The notes beneath the pieces were generated by a model. That model was not told the DNA's origin, did no database searches, and saw only the letters and a program-made list of their open reading frames with translations. Both the position numbers and the translations under genes were made by a program. From NCBI GenBank assembly GCA_000025185.1, contig CP001848.1, positions 5,850,001-5,882,000 on the forward strand: a stretch of 32,000 bases of DNA. Direction: 5' to 3'. Shown here piece after piece: positions 24,206 through 32,000 of the stretch. Numbering within the stretch: the first letter of the stretch is position 1; each line of letters starts with the position of its first letter. The DNA comes from Pirellula staleyi DSM 6068. Its GTDB lineage: Bacteria > Planctomycetota > Planctomycetia > Pirellulales > Pirellulaceae.

Positions 24206-25399
24206 ATGGCCAAACGCATCACTGTCGTCATCTCGCAAGGACAGTCCAATAGTCCCAACAAGCGCCAGCTCGAAGAAGATGTGATCGCCCAACTGCTCTT
24301 TGAACAGGGCATCGATGTGGTGGTGATTCCGCATCTGTACGATCTGCGTCCCGACGGCACCGGCATGCTGGCTCTGAAGGGAATCATGGGGCACATGGTG
24401 GTGCTTAGCTGGCTGTACGATCGGGCGATTCGCTGGACGCTCGACCGCTTCGATATTCGCGGCCTCGAAGGGAAGACGCTGGTTCAATCGGAAGACGAAA
24501 GCGACGACGAGGAAGACGACAACGATGCTTCACCAGAAACCGTCGCTAAGAAGCGCGTGATCGACGATCGACCAGTTCCGCAGCGACGCATCTATTGCAT
24601 CGATTTGCGAGCTCGCACGACAGCTCAGCCCTTCGTGGAAGAAGTGAAGCGGATTGCCCGCGAGAATGCCATGCAGCTGGTTTCGCTTGGACTTGGTCCA
24701 GCGCCTTCCAACGTCGTGAAGGCACCAGCGCCGTTCGTTGATGCTCCAGCGCCTGCACCGACTCCTGTGGTCGCCAAACAAGGCTCGAGTGGCACTACCG
24801 ACGAGATGTGGGCGAGGTTCGAGAAACCGACCAATAACACGCACTTGCCCCTGCCGGCCAGCAATGGCAATGTGGTGGCGGGGAGCGAAATTCCACTCGA
24901 TTGGCAGAAGCCAGCGGAACTTCTGCGGATTGAAGAAGAGGGTGGTCGTCGCTGGTATCCGGTGATCGACTACAGCCGCTGCACCAATTGCATGGAGTGC
25001 ATCGACTTCTGCTTGTTCGGTGTTTACGGCGTCGATCGCGTCGACACGATTCTCGTCGAACAGCCCGACAACTGTCGCAAAGGATGCCCGGCTTGCAGCC
25101 GCGTTTGTCCTGAGAATGCGATCATTTTCCCGCAGCACAAAACGCCCAACATCGCCGGCGCACCGGTGATTGTCGGGAGCTTGAAGATCGATTTATCAAA
25201 ACTCTTCGGCGCGCCGGACACGGGCGAAACCGCGGAAGAAGTCGCCATTCGCGAGCGCGACGAACAACTTGCCATGGCTGGTCGCGCTGTTGTTGGTGCT
25301 GCGGTCGGACTACCCAAGCGTCAGACCGAAGCCGATAACGCCGCGCCGAAAGATGAGCTCGATTCGCTCCTCGATGCGCTCGACAGCAGCGATCTCTAG
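24206..25399 (+). CDS. Ferredoxin-domain protein (2x[4Fe-4S]-type Cys motifs) with an unassigned N-terminal domain and acidic and Pro/Ala linkers
   Basis: The C-terminal part has CTNCMECIDFC and CRKGCPACSRVCP. The N-terminal ~90 aa plus RRIYCIDLRARTT...VKRIAREN are interrupted by SEDESDDEEDDNDAS. I cannot name a family for the N-terminal part. Confidence 0.7.
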   Translation: MAKRITVVISQGQSNSPNKRQLEEDVIAQLLFEQGIDVVVIPHLYDLRPDGTGMLALKGIMGHMVVLSWLYDRAIRWTLDRFDIRGLEGKTLVQSEDESDDEEDDNDASPETVAKKRVIDDRPVPQRRIYCIDLRARTTAQPFVEEVKRIARENAMQLVSLGLGPAPSNVVKAPAPFVDAPAPAPTPVVAKQGSSGTTDEMWARFEKPTNNTHLPLPASNGNVVAGSEIPLDWQKPAELLRIEEEGGRRWYPVIDYSRCTNCMECIDFCLFGVYGVDRVDTILVEQPDNCRKGCPACSRVCPENAIIFPQHKTPNIAGAPVIVGSLKIDLSKLFGAPDTGETAEEVAIRERDEQLAMAGRAVVGAAVGLPKRQTEADNAAPKDELDSLLDALDSSDL

Positions 25400-25412
25400 C
25401 ATTCTGTGGGGG

Positions 25413-26897
25413 CTACTGCTTCTTCTTTCCCTTGGCTTTTGTGGGGCCTGACTTAGGCGAAGCAGGCTTCGTGCGTCCTTCGTTCTTGGCGACCTCGGCA
25501 GGCTCCATGATGGCCCCTTGATCTTTGGTCTCGTCGATCCATTGATCAAGTTGGCGGCGATGCGTGTCGATCACTTCTTGGAGCGCAGGATCGGCGATTA
25601 GGTTTTTGGTTTCGTGCGGATCAGCTTCGAGGTCGTAGAACTCTTCTTCAGGCATCGTCGGTGCGACAAGTGGTAGCGCGAGTGGCCCCAGCTTATTCTC
25701 CGCCGCTAGTTCTTTTAGCAGATTCCAGACGGGATATTGCCGCTCCTTATAGTCATTGGCGGCGAGTAAAGGCTGATGGGGGGTGAAGTTGCGAATGTAG
25801 CGATACTGGCTGCTACGCACGGTTCGCAAGCGAAACACCGTTTCGTCGCAGCGGTCGCGGGCCCCGAAGACATACTCGCGCGACGGGCCAGAGAAGTCGC
25901 CAATGAAAGGCTTGCCGTCCATTTTGTCCCACCCTGGCACGTTGGCGAGCAAGGTGAATGTCGCCGCCAGATCGATCGCTGCAACCAAATCGCGATTCAC
26001 GGTCCCCTGTGTTTTCATATGCTTATGGCGATTGATTTCTGCGGGCCAGCGAATGATCAGCGGCACATGCAGGCCACTGTCGTAGCAAAACTGTTTGCCG
26101 CGTACGTGCGCTGAACCATTGTCGCCAAAGAAAACAACGACTGTGTTCTTGTCGAGTCCTTCTGCTTTTAGCTGAGCAAGCACGAGCCCGACTTTGCGAT
26201 CGAGCTCTGAAGCCGCGTCGAGATACTCGGCCCAGTCACGACGTACAATTTCGTGATCGGGATAGTATGGAGGAACCTCTACCTTCGCAGGATCAGCTCT
26301 TTTGGGAGCTTTGAAGTTGCGATGCGTCTCTTGAAAGTTAATCTGAGCATAGAACGGCTGATGCGTGGCAAGATCGCTCCACTTATCGCTCTCAAACGCA
26401 GGCTCGTCGAGGTTGAAATTGAAGTCGGTTTTGCCACTTCCGCGAAAGCCCCACGCGGCCGGCGTTTCGCGAATATTCGCCGTGAAATATCCCGCTTTTT
26501 GAAGCCGATGCGACACCAGCTGAACACCTTCGGGGAGCTTATAGCCATCATCGCGATGCGAGCGATGATTGTGCGCGCCAATAGTGGTTTGATACATCCC
26601 GGTCATCCACGCGCTGCGACTTGCCGAGCAAACCGGCGCGGTGGTGAAGAACTTGGTGTAGCGAACCCCTTCAGCAGCCATCTGATCGAGATTCGGCGTG
26701 AAGACTTCCCGGGTACCGTAACAGCCTAAGTGAGGTCCAAAATCTTCCGCCACTAGCCAGAGGATGTTTGGTTTCTTGTTGTGATCATACTTCGTAGCTG
26801 TAGGTTCCTGGGCCACCAGCGAAGCTGCCGACAAGAGCAGAAGCGTTAGTGACAAGATCGCGCACGCGCGCAGCGAAGCAGCTTGTTGATCGAGCAT
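25413..26897 (-). CDS. Sulfatase (formylglycine-dependent, arylsulfatase-like), secreted
   Basis: The sulfatase signature is PVCSASRSAWMTGMY (C-x-A-x-R) and it has a signal peptide. The ATG at 26897 is preferred over the TTG at 26939. Confidence 0.85.
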   Translation of the reverse strand: MLDQQAASLRACAILSLTLLLLSAASLVAQEPTATKYDHNKKPNILWLVAEDFGPHLGCYGTREVFTPNLDQMAAEGVRYTKFFTTAPVCSASRSAWMTGMYQTTIGAHNHRSHRDDGYKLPEGVQLVSHRLQKAGYFTANIRETPAAWGFRGSGKTDFNFNLDEPAFESDKWSDLATHQPFYAQINFQETHRNFKAPKRADPAKVEVPPYYPDHEIVRRDWAEYLDAASELDRKVGLVLAQLKAEGLDKNTVVVFFGDNGSAHVRGKQFCYDSGLHVPLIIRWPAEINRHKHMKTQGTVNRDLVAAIDLAATFTLLANVPGWDKMDGKPFIGDFSGPSREYVFGARDRCDETVFRLRTVRSSQYRYIRNFTPHQPLLAANDYKERQYPVWNLLKELAAENKLGPLALPLVAPTMPEEEFYDLEADPHETKNLIADPALQEVIDTHRRQLDQWIDETKDQGAIMEPAEVAKNEGRTKPASPKSGPTKAKGKKKQ

Positions 26898-27003
26898 GGA
26901 CGTCCCCACGTTGGAAGAGGAAACAAGACTGGGACGCAACTGTTATCGCTGCTGATTTGGCTGATTGCAAATCGCGACTGCGTAACGAGCGTGTAAGAGA
27001 AGA

Positions 27004-27852
27004 TCAGCCGTCGATCGTATCGGGATAGACCACGATTTCGATGCGGCGATTTTTGGCTCGCCCTTGTTCGGTGCCGTTGCTGGCAAGCGGATGATTTTCA
27101 CCCATGGCAGCGATAGCCAGCTGACGGACAGGAATGCTGTTGCGTTGCACGAGCTGCTGAAACACCGCTTGCGACTGGTTGTAGGCCAGCAAATGTGCTC
27201 CGGCAGGGTTGCCTGCTTGAGCATTGTCGGTGTGACCTTCAATCACAATTCGCTGACGTGGATAGCTGCGAATGATTGCTGTTGCCACTTCGTCGATAAT
27301 TCGCTGCGCTTCGAGAGTCGGCTGCAGCGAACCGGTCACAAACAACTTGTCGGCCGGTAGCTCGATCCGAATCACGCTACCATCTTGCCGCACATCGATG
27401 CCGGGAATCTGCACGGTTGAGAGGGAATTCGTCGCGCTGCTGTTAGCCTGAATACTCGCGCCACCACGAAACCGGGTGCTCGCTTGTAGTGTTTGCACTT
27501 GCTTATCGATTTCGGCCTTCGCGGTTTGCGTCTCTTTCAAACGCGACGCCATGTCGCCCAGTTGCTTTTGCAGCAGCGAAACCTGGTCGGCATATTGCTG
27601 CTTCAGCTGATCGGCCTGCGCTAACTGGCGATGCAAGTCGGCATTGTTCAGATCAAGCTGTCCAACGCGCCGCGTGAGATCCTGCACCTGCGAATTCAGC
27701 GCCGTCGACTGCTGCTGAAAAACATTCGACTGCGCCGTTCCTGCCGGTGGCTGAAAGGCCCCCTGCTTACATCCACACGCCAGAAAACAGACCAAACTTG
27801 CCGCAGCAAGCAGGTTTCGCGTGGATCGGAAGTGGTCGAGCAAACGTCGCAT
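27004..27852 (-). CDS. OmpA/MotB-domain peptidoglycan-binding protein with coiled-coil region (possible lipoprotein)
   Basis: The C-terminus reads IEGHTDN...LAYNQSQAV...GRAKNRRIEIVV. A Q-rich coiled coil occupies the middle. The N-terminus is MRRLLDHFRSTRNLLAAASLVCFLACGC. The ORF-track start at 28104 was rejected because it runs through the tRNA gene. Confidence 0.75.
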   Translation of the reverse strand: MRRLLDHFRSTRNLLAAASLVCFLACGCKQGAFQPPAGTAQSNVFQQQSTALNSQVQDLTRRVGQLDLNNADLHRQLAQADQLKQQYADQVSLLQKQLGDMASRLKETQTAKAEIDKQVQTLQASTRFRGGASIQANSSATNSLSTVQIPGIDVRQDGSVIRIELPADKLFVTGSLQPTLEAQRIIDEVATAIIRSYPRQRIVIEGHTDNAQAGNPAGAHLLAYNQSQAVFQQLVQRNSIPVRQLAIAAMGENHPLASNGTEQGRAKNRRIEIVVYPDTIDG

Positions 27853-28077
27853 CGATCGAGGATCTCGGGCCATCAAAACAAGGTGAAACTGATTGGCCGC
27901 GGACCTTAGCAAGCCCGGCCCGATGCGACAAGAGAAGAATTCCGTCAGGAATTCATGGCGCAAGTGCTCAGCACACAGCGTGCTGCCCCAGCCAGTCGCC
28001 TTCGCCCCATGTGGGCGAAGCTGCGAAGCGCGAAGCTGAGCTCTAAGCCCTTGGCCCAGAACGTTTTTTCGCGCGAG

Positions 28078-28151
28078 TATCCTCGAGTGGGATCGAACCA
28101 CCAACCTTCGCCTTCGGAGGGCGACGCTCTATCCAATTGAGCTACGAGGAC
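28078..28151 (-). tRNA. tRNA-Arg (anticodon CCG)
   Basis: The minus strand reads GTCCTCG-TA-GCTC-AATTGGATA-GAGC-G-TCGCC-CTCCGAA-GGCGA-AGGTT-GGTGG-TTCGATC-CCACT-CGAGGAT-A. It forms a full cloverleaf with a GTTCGATCC T-arm. CCA is not encoded. Confidence 0.85.
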
Positions 28152-28452
28152 ATGACCGATGTCCATGAATTTTAGCGGCCAAGCTGCGCACCAGCAACCG
28201 CCGCCAGCATTGCTAGCAGATTTCATGGTGCACGAGCGGTCGGATTGCATCGTTACCGCCTCGGATTACTGACGCTTATTCGCTGCACGCCACCTTGGGG
28301 GTAATTCAGTCTTGTTCTCGCGCGCTGGAGTGGGTTATGTTTCTCCTCGCTGACGCGTTGTCGACCCACGATTTTGCGGCTGAATATGCCTCTCCCGACC
28401 ACGCCGATTCACGATTTTTGACTGTCGCATGCTGGCCAAGGAGGGCCGAGAG

Positions 28453-29316
28453 ATGCAAGTGATCTTGCTTGCCGGTGGACTTGGAACTCGCTTGGCCGAA
28501 GAGACGCATTTGCGTCCCAAGCCGATGATCGAAATCGGTGGAATGCCGATCCTGGTTCACATCATGTCGATCTACCATGCGCACGGCTTTCGCGACTTCA
28601 CCGTTGCCTGCGGCTATCGCGGCGAAATCATCAAAGAATACTTTGCCAACTTCCACGTCACGCACAGCGACTGGAGCATTTCACTCGCCAGTGGAAAACG
28701 CAAATCATTCCGCAGTTCGCTCCCCGACTGGAATGTTTCGATCATCGATACTGGCCTGCATACGATGACGGGTGGTCGCATTAAACGACTCCAACCTTAC
28801 ATCGGTAATGAAACCTTCATGGTGACTTACGGAGACGGCGTATCGAATGTCAACATCAGTGAGCTTCTCAGTTTTCATAAGTCACACGGAAAGCTGGCGA
28901 CAGTCACAGCCGTGCATCCCCCCGCGCGTTTTGGTTGCCTCGACCTCGCGGGAGATAAAGTACAAAGCTTTGCCGAGAAGCCACAAACGTCGGAAGGCTG
29001 GATTAACGGCGGCTTCTTTGTGTTTGAGCCGGAGATTTTTGACTACTTAGGTCACGACAGCGATGTCCTGGAAAAGAAACCGCTCGAATGGCTCAGCCGA
29101 TCGGGCGAACTGATGGCCTATCGACACGATGGATTCTGGCAGCCGATGGATACGCTGCGTGAGAAGCAGTTGCTCGAGCAATTGTGGGAATCGGGAACAG
29201 CACCATGGAGGGTGTGGAATGAACGCTTCGAATTGGCTCAGACAGCTGCAGGGAAAAAGGGTGCTCGTCTCCGGACTCAGCGGGTTCAAAGGCCAGTGGC
29301 TCGGAAGGTGGCTTGA
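28453..29316 (+). CDS. rfbF: Glucose-1-phosphate cytidylyltransferase with a ~30-aa C-terminal extension
   Basis: The product reads MQVILLAGGLGTRLAEETHLRPKPMIEIGG...GFWQPMDTLREK...WESGTAPWRVW and is colinear with DdhA/RfbF. An AAGGAGG RBS precedes the ATG at 28453. Homologs stop right after APWK.WE, whereas this frame continues for another 30 codons. Confidence 0.85.
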   Translation: MQVILLAGGLGTRLAEETHLRPKPMIEIGGMPILVHIMSIYHAHGFRDFTVACGYRGEIIKEYFANFHVTHSDWSISLASGKRKSFRSSLPDWNVSIIDTGLHTMTGGRIKRLQPYIGNETFMVTYGDGVSNVNISELLSFHKSHGKLATVTAVHPPARFGCLDLAGDKVQSFAEKPQTSEGWINGGFFVFEPEIFDYLGHDSDVLEKKPLEWLSRSGELMAYRHDGFWQPMDTLREKQLLEQLWESGTAPWRVWNERFELAQTAAGKKGARLRTQRVQRPVARKVA

Positions 29317-30334
29317 AAAGCTGGGAGCCAACGTCGTCGGATTTGGCCTAGCGCCACATCTCGGCCCACGCGGTGAAGCGATTTCTTTCCCAGCCTCGCT
29401 GCAGTGCGAGATGCTCGACATTCGCGATCACGCTGCTGTTTGTCAGTTCACGCGCGCCGCCGAGCCCGATGTTGTCATGCATCTGGCGGCTCAACCTTTG
29501 GTCCGCCAATCGTACTCCGATCCTCTTGGAACATTCGCCACCAACATCATGGGATTGGCGCATCTACTCGATGCCGCCACCCAGTGCCAAGCTCGCGTTT
29601 TTCTGAACGTCACGACTGATAAGTGCTACGAAAACCGCGAAACCTTGCGGCACTATCGCGAAGAAGATGCGCTCGGTGGTTATGACCCTTACAGTGCCAG
29701 CAAAGCGTGCTCCGAGATTGTCACCTCCGCTTGGCGGCGTTCTTTTTCCAGCGACACTGGAATGCTGATTGCCACTGCCCGCGCCGGCAATGTGATCGGT
29801 GGTGGCGACTGGTCCGACGATCGCCTGATTCCCGACATTGTCCGCTCGATTGCAGCGAATCAATCGGTCGTGATTCGGCGTCCGCAAGCTGTGCGTCCCT
29901 GGCAACACGTGCTCGAAGCGCTGAGTGGCTACCTGCTGATCACCGGCGCAATGCTTGCCGGTGAAGCTGACAAAGCCTCCGCCTGGAACTTTGGTCCCAG
30001 CGAAACAAACTCCATTCCCGTGGGGCAGATCGCCCAGGAAATGGTTGCTGCTTGGGGAGCCGGTAAACTCGAAATTGCCTCGAAACTCGAAGGTCCTCAC
30101 GAAGCTCATCTACTGCAGCTCGACAGCTCCAAAGCCCATACCCAGCTAGGCTGGCGGGCCTTGCTATCGCCTCAAGAGCGTGTCACCTGGACCGCGAATT
30201 GGTATCGAGATTGGCTCGCCAATCCCACGCGTCATTGGTCGCTCATCGACAACCAGATCGAACGTTACGACGCTCGGTTACGATCCACTTTGGAGCAAAG
30301 TACCGCGAAAGGATTTCAGCATGTTGCTGCCTAA
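29219..30334 (+). CDS. rfbG: CDP-glucose 4,6-dehydratase
   Basis: The product reads MNASNWLRQLQGKRVLVSGLSGFKGQWL...TTDKCYEN...YSASKACSE, with the SDR Rossmann and YxxxK motifs typical of RfbG/DdhB. It is trimmed to the ATG at 29219. Confidence 0.85.
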   Translation: MNASNWLRQLQGKRVLVSGLSGFKGQWLGRWLEKLGANVVGFGLAPHLGPRGEAISFPASLQCEMLDIRDHAAVCQFTRAAEPDVVMHLAAQPLVRQSYSDPLGTFATNIMGLAHLLDAATQCQARVFLNVTTDKCYENRETLRHYREEDALGGYDPYSASKACSEIVTSAWRRSFSSDTGMLIATARAGNVIGGGDWSDDRLIPDIVRSIAANQSVVIRRPQAVRPWQHVLEALSGYLLITGAMLAGEADKASAWNFGPSETNSIPVGQIAQEMVAAWGAGKLEIASKLEGPHEAHLLQLDSSKAHTQLGWRALLSPQERVTWTANWYRDWLANPTRHWSLIDNQIERYDARLRSTLEQSTAKGFQHVAA

Positions 30335-31286
30335 GCGGGTCCTTGTATTCGGCGGTGAAGGCTTCATCGGCTCGGCAGTAGCGAGCCTGTTACGCGCTCA
30401 CGACTGCGAAGTATATTCCGCAACGAAACATTCCGCTGATAGCAAATTGGCCCCGTCGACGTCGACTCAACTCTGCATGCTGAGCGACCAATCTACGGCC
30501 TCCTTAACGGCGTTGTTTCAGGAACTACGCCCCGGCGCAATCATCAATCTCGCTGCCAAAGGGGTGACGGGGAAAACGGCCACAGCCTCGCTTGTTGATA
30601 CCAATTCGCTCCTACCACTACGACAACTGGAGGCCGCCGCGCAGGCTGGGAAAATTCCGCTGGTCCATACCGGAAGTTGCTTTGAGCTCCGCAGCAGCAC
30701 GCAGCAGAAACTTCTTACGGAAACTTCCGATCTCCGACCTCGGACTGCGTATGCAGCGACGAAAGCGGCGGCGTCTCTTTTGCTGCCAATCCTGGCGTCT
30801 GAATACGAGACCACAGCGGTCGTGCTCCGACTATTTGGGGTCTATGGCCCTGGCGAAGCCGACTCACGCCTCTTGCCGCAGCTCATTGATTCCCTATCGA
30901 GCCATCAGCCCATGGCGCTCACCAGTGGCCGGCAAATCCGTGATCTCTGCTACATCGACGATGTAGCGCAGGCCATCGTGCTCGCCACTTCGCAGGCATC
31001 TGCACTTCCACGAGGGAGCGCTCCTGTTTGGCAGGTGAGCACTGGCATAGGGACCTCGATTAAGCGTGTCGCCATCACCACTGCTCGGCTGCTCCACGCG
31101 CCAGTATCACTCCTTCGATTTGGAGAAATTCCGGATCGTGCGGGAGAACCACGACGTCTGGTCGGAAGTCATCAAGCCCTTTCACAAGCCACAGGCTGGG
31201 CTCCCTCGGTGAGCTTACGCTGCGGGATTCAGCGAACCATCGAAGCGCGACTCGCTCGCTCACCACTCGTTGCCAAAGCATCGTAA
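30321..31286 (+). CDS. NAD(P)-dependent epimerase/dehydratase-family SDR (candidate CDP-4-keto-3,6-dideoxyhexose reductase)
   Basis: It has VLVFGGEGFIGSAV (GxxGxxG) and YAATKAAAS (YxxxK). Its ATG at 30321 overlaps the rfbG stop by 14 nt. The specific reaction is inferred only from context. Confidence 0.65.
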   Translation: MLLPKRVLVFGGEGFIGSAVASLLRAHDCEVYSATKHSADSKLAPSTSTQLCMLSDQSTASLTALFQELRPGAIINLAAKGVTGKTATASLVDTNSLLPLRQLEAAAQAGKIPLVHTGSCFELRSSTQQKLLTETSDLRPRTAYAATKAAASLLLPILASEYETTAVVLRLFGVYGPGEADSRLLPQLIDSLSSHQPMALTSGRQIRDLCYIDDVAQAIVLATSQASALPRGSAPVWQVSTGIGTSIKRVAITTARLLHAPVSLLRFGEIPDRAGEPRRLVGSHQALSQATGWAPSVSLRCGIQRTIEARLARSPLVAKAS

Positions 31287-31340
31287 GCAGCCACTACCAA
31301 TCGTCCCAAAATCTCGCGACTTTTTTTGAAGCAACCGATC

Positions 31341-32000
31341 ATGACCACGACCGCTGACAGTTTGCGACGAGAGATCCTAGAGCGTGTAAGCGAGTTTCAC
31401 GCCCTGCAGTGGCCCACCCGTGGCGAGTTTGTTCCTGGAGTCACTCCGGTGCCGGTGAGTGGGCGTGTATTTGATGCGACCGACGTGCAGACACTTGTCG
31501 ATTCCTCGCTCGACTTTTGGTTGACAGCAGGTCGCTTTGCCGACGAGTTCGAGAAAGATTTTGCGGCCAAGATGGGGGTCCGCAATGCACTCTTGGTAAA
31601 CTCGGGATCGAGTGCCAACTTGCTGGCTATCGCTGCTCTCACTTCGCCCAAACTCGGAAAAAAACGACTGCAACCCGGCGACGAAGTCATCACGGTCGCA
31701 GCTGGCTTTCCGACGACAGTCAACCCAATCGTGCAGCATGGACTGGTGCCTGTTTTCCTCGATGTCTCACTACCGACCTACAACATTGATGTCTCGCGAC
31801 TGGAAGAAGCTCTGAGCGATCGCACTCGCGCGATCATGATCGCGCACACGCTAGGAAACCCTTTCGATCTCCGCACCATCACCGAGTTTGCCCGGAAACA
31901 CAATCTCTGGCTAATCGAAGACACCTGCGATGCCGTCGGTGCTACTTTCGATGGCAAGCCTGTCGGATCGTTCGGAGACATTGCGACCGTCAGCTTTTAT
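31341..32000 (+). CDS. rfbH: CDP-6-deoxy-4-keto-hexose 3-dehydrase (RfbH/DdhC-like, DegT/DnrJ/EryC1 aminotransferase fold), N-terminal 220 codons (runs off the window)
   Basis: This gene is missing from the ORF track because it has no stop in the window. My translation from the ATG at 31341 reads [25 protein letters not shown]...[30 protein letters not shown]...[13 protein letters not shown]...[17 protein letters not shown]...[10 protein letters not shown]...[12 protein letters not shown], the characteristic RfbH pattern. Confidence 0.8.
   Translation, partial: MTTTADSLRREILERVSEFHALQWPTRGEFVPGVTPVPVSGRVFDATDVQTLVDSSLDFWLTAGRFADEFEKDFAAKMGVRNALLVNSGSSANLLAIAALTSPKLGKKRLQPGDEVITVAAGFPTTVNPIVQHGLVPVFLDVSLPTYNIDVSRLEEALSDRTRAIMIAHTLGNPFDLRTITEFARKHNLWLIEDTCDAVGATFDGKPVGSFGDIATVSFY

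Noticed and set aside
27853-28104. The N-terminal 84 codons of the track ORF 27004..28104.
   Set aside because: The extension runs through the tRNA-Arg gene (28078-28151) and encodes non-protein-like sequence. The gene was trimmed to the ATG at 27852, which gives a signal-like N-terminus.

Overview
This is a GC-rich chromosomal segment. Hand counts of single 60-nt lines in core genes give about 65-70% GC. The gene content suggests a Planctomycetota (Pirellulales-like) genome, which is an inference: a formylglycine-type sulfatase, a C-terminal-Phe beta-barrel protein, a PQQ-type beta-propeller and many signal-peptide proteins.

Most of the window is ordinary core genome:
- pyrB (partial)
- an SGNH hydrolase
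- a nitrogen-uptake row, porin-amt-glnK on the minus strand. amt and glnK each have a textbook sigma-54 promoter.
- ftsY, nusB and ruvB
- an Fe-alcohol dehydrogenase
- a sulfatase and an OmpA-like protein
- tRNA-Arg(CCG)
- a CDP-3,6-dideoxyhexose sugar cluster (rfbF-rfbG-SDR-rfbH), which runs off the right edge

Five things deserve a second look:
1. A strongly low-GC single-gene insertion between nusB and ruvB. It encodes a 978-aa eukaryotic-like Ser/Thr kinase with unrecognisable flanking domains.
2. A second low-GC islet carrying a 423-aa orphan and a ParE/antitoxin pair. It sits between a carboxylate-to-aldehyde gene pair and an alcohol dehydrogenase.
3. That gene pair itself: an ANL adenylating enzyme plus a LuxC-like reductase.
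4. The 290-bp spacer inside that pair, which is packed with GTGSCAC-cored hairpin repeats. A related inverted repeat that also resembles a sigma-54 promoter lies upstream of the pair.
5. A translationally coupled module of a HemN-like radical SAM enzyme, a GcvH-like protein and a ferredoxin-domain protein, of unknown role.

I saw no CRISPR array, rRNA, transposase or integrase. All calls come from reading the sequence and motifs by eye, and no database search was possible.
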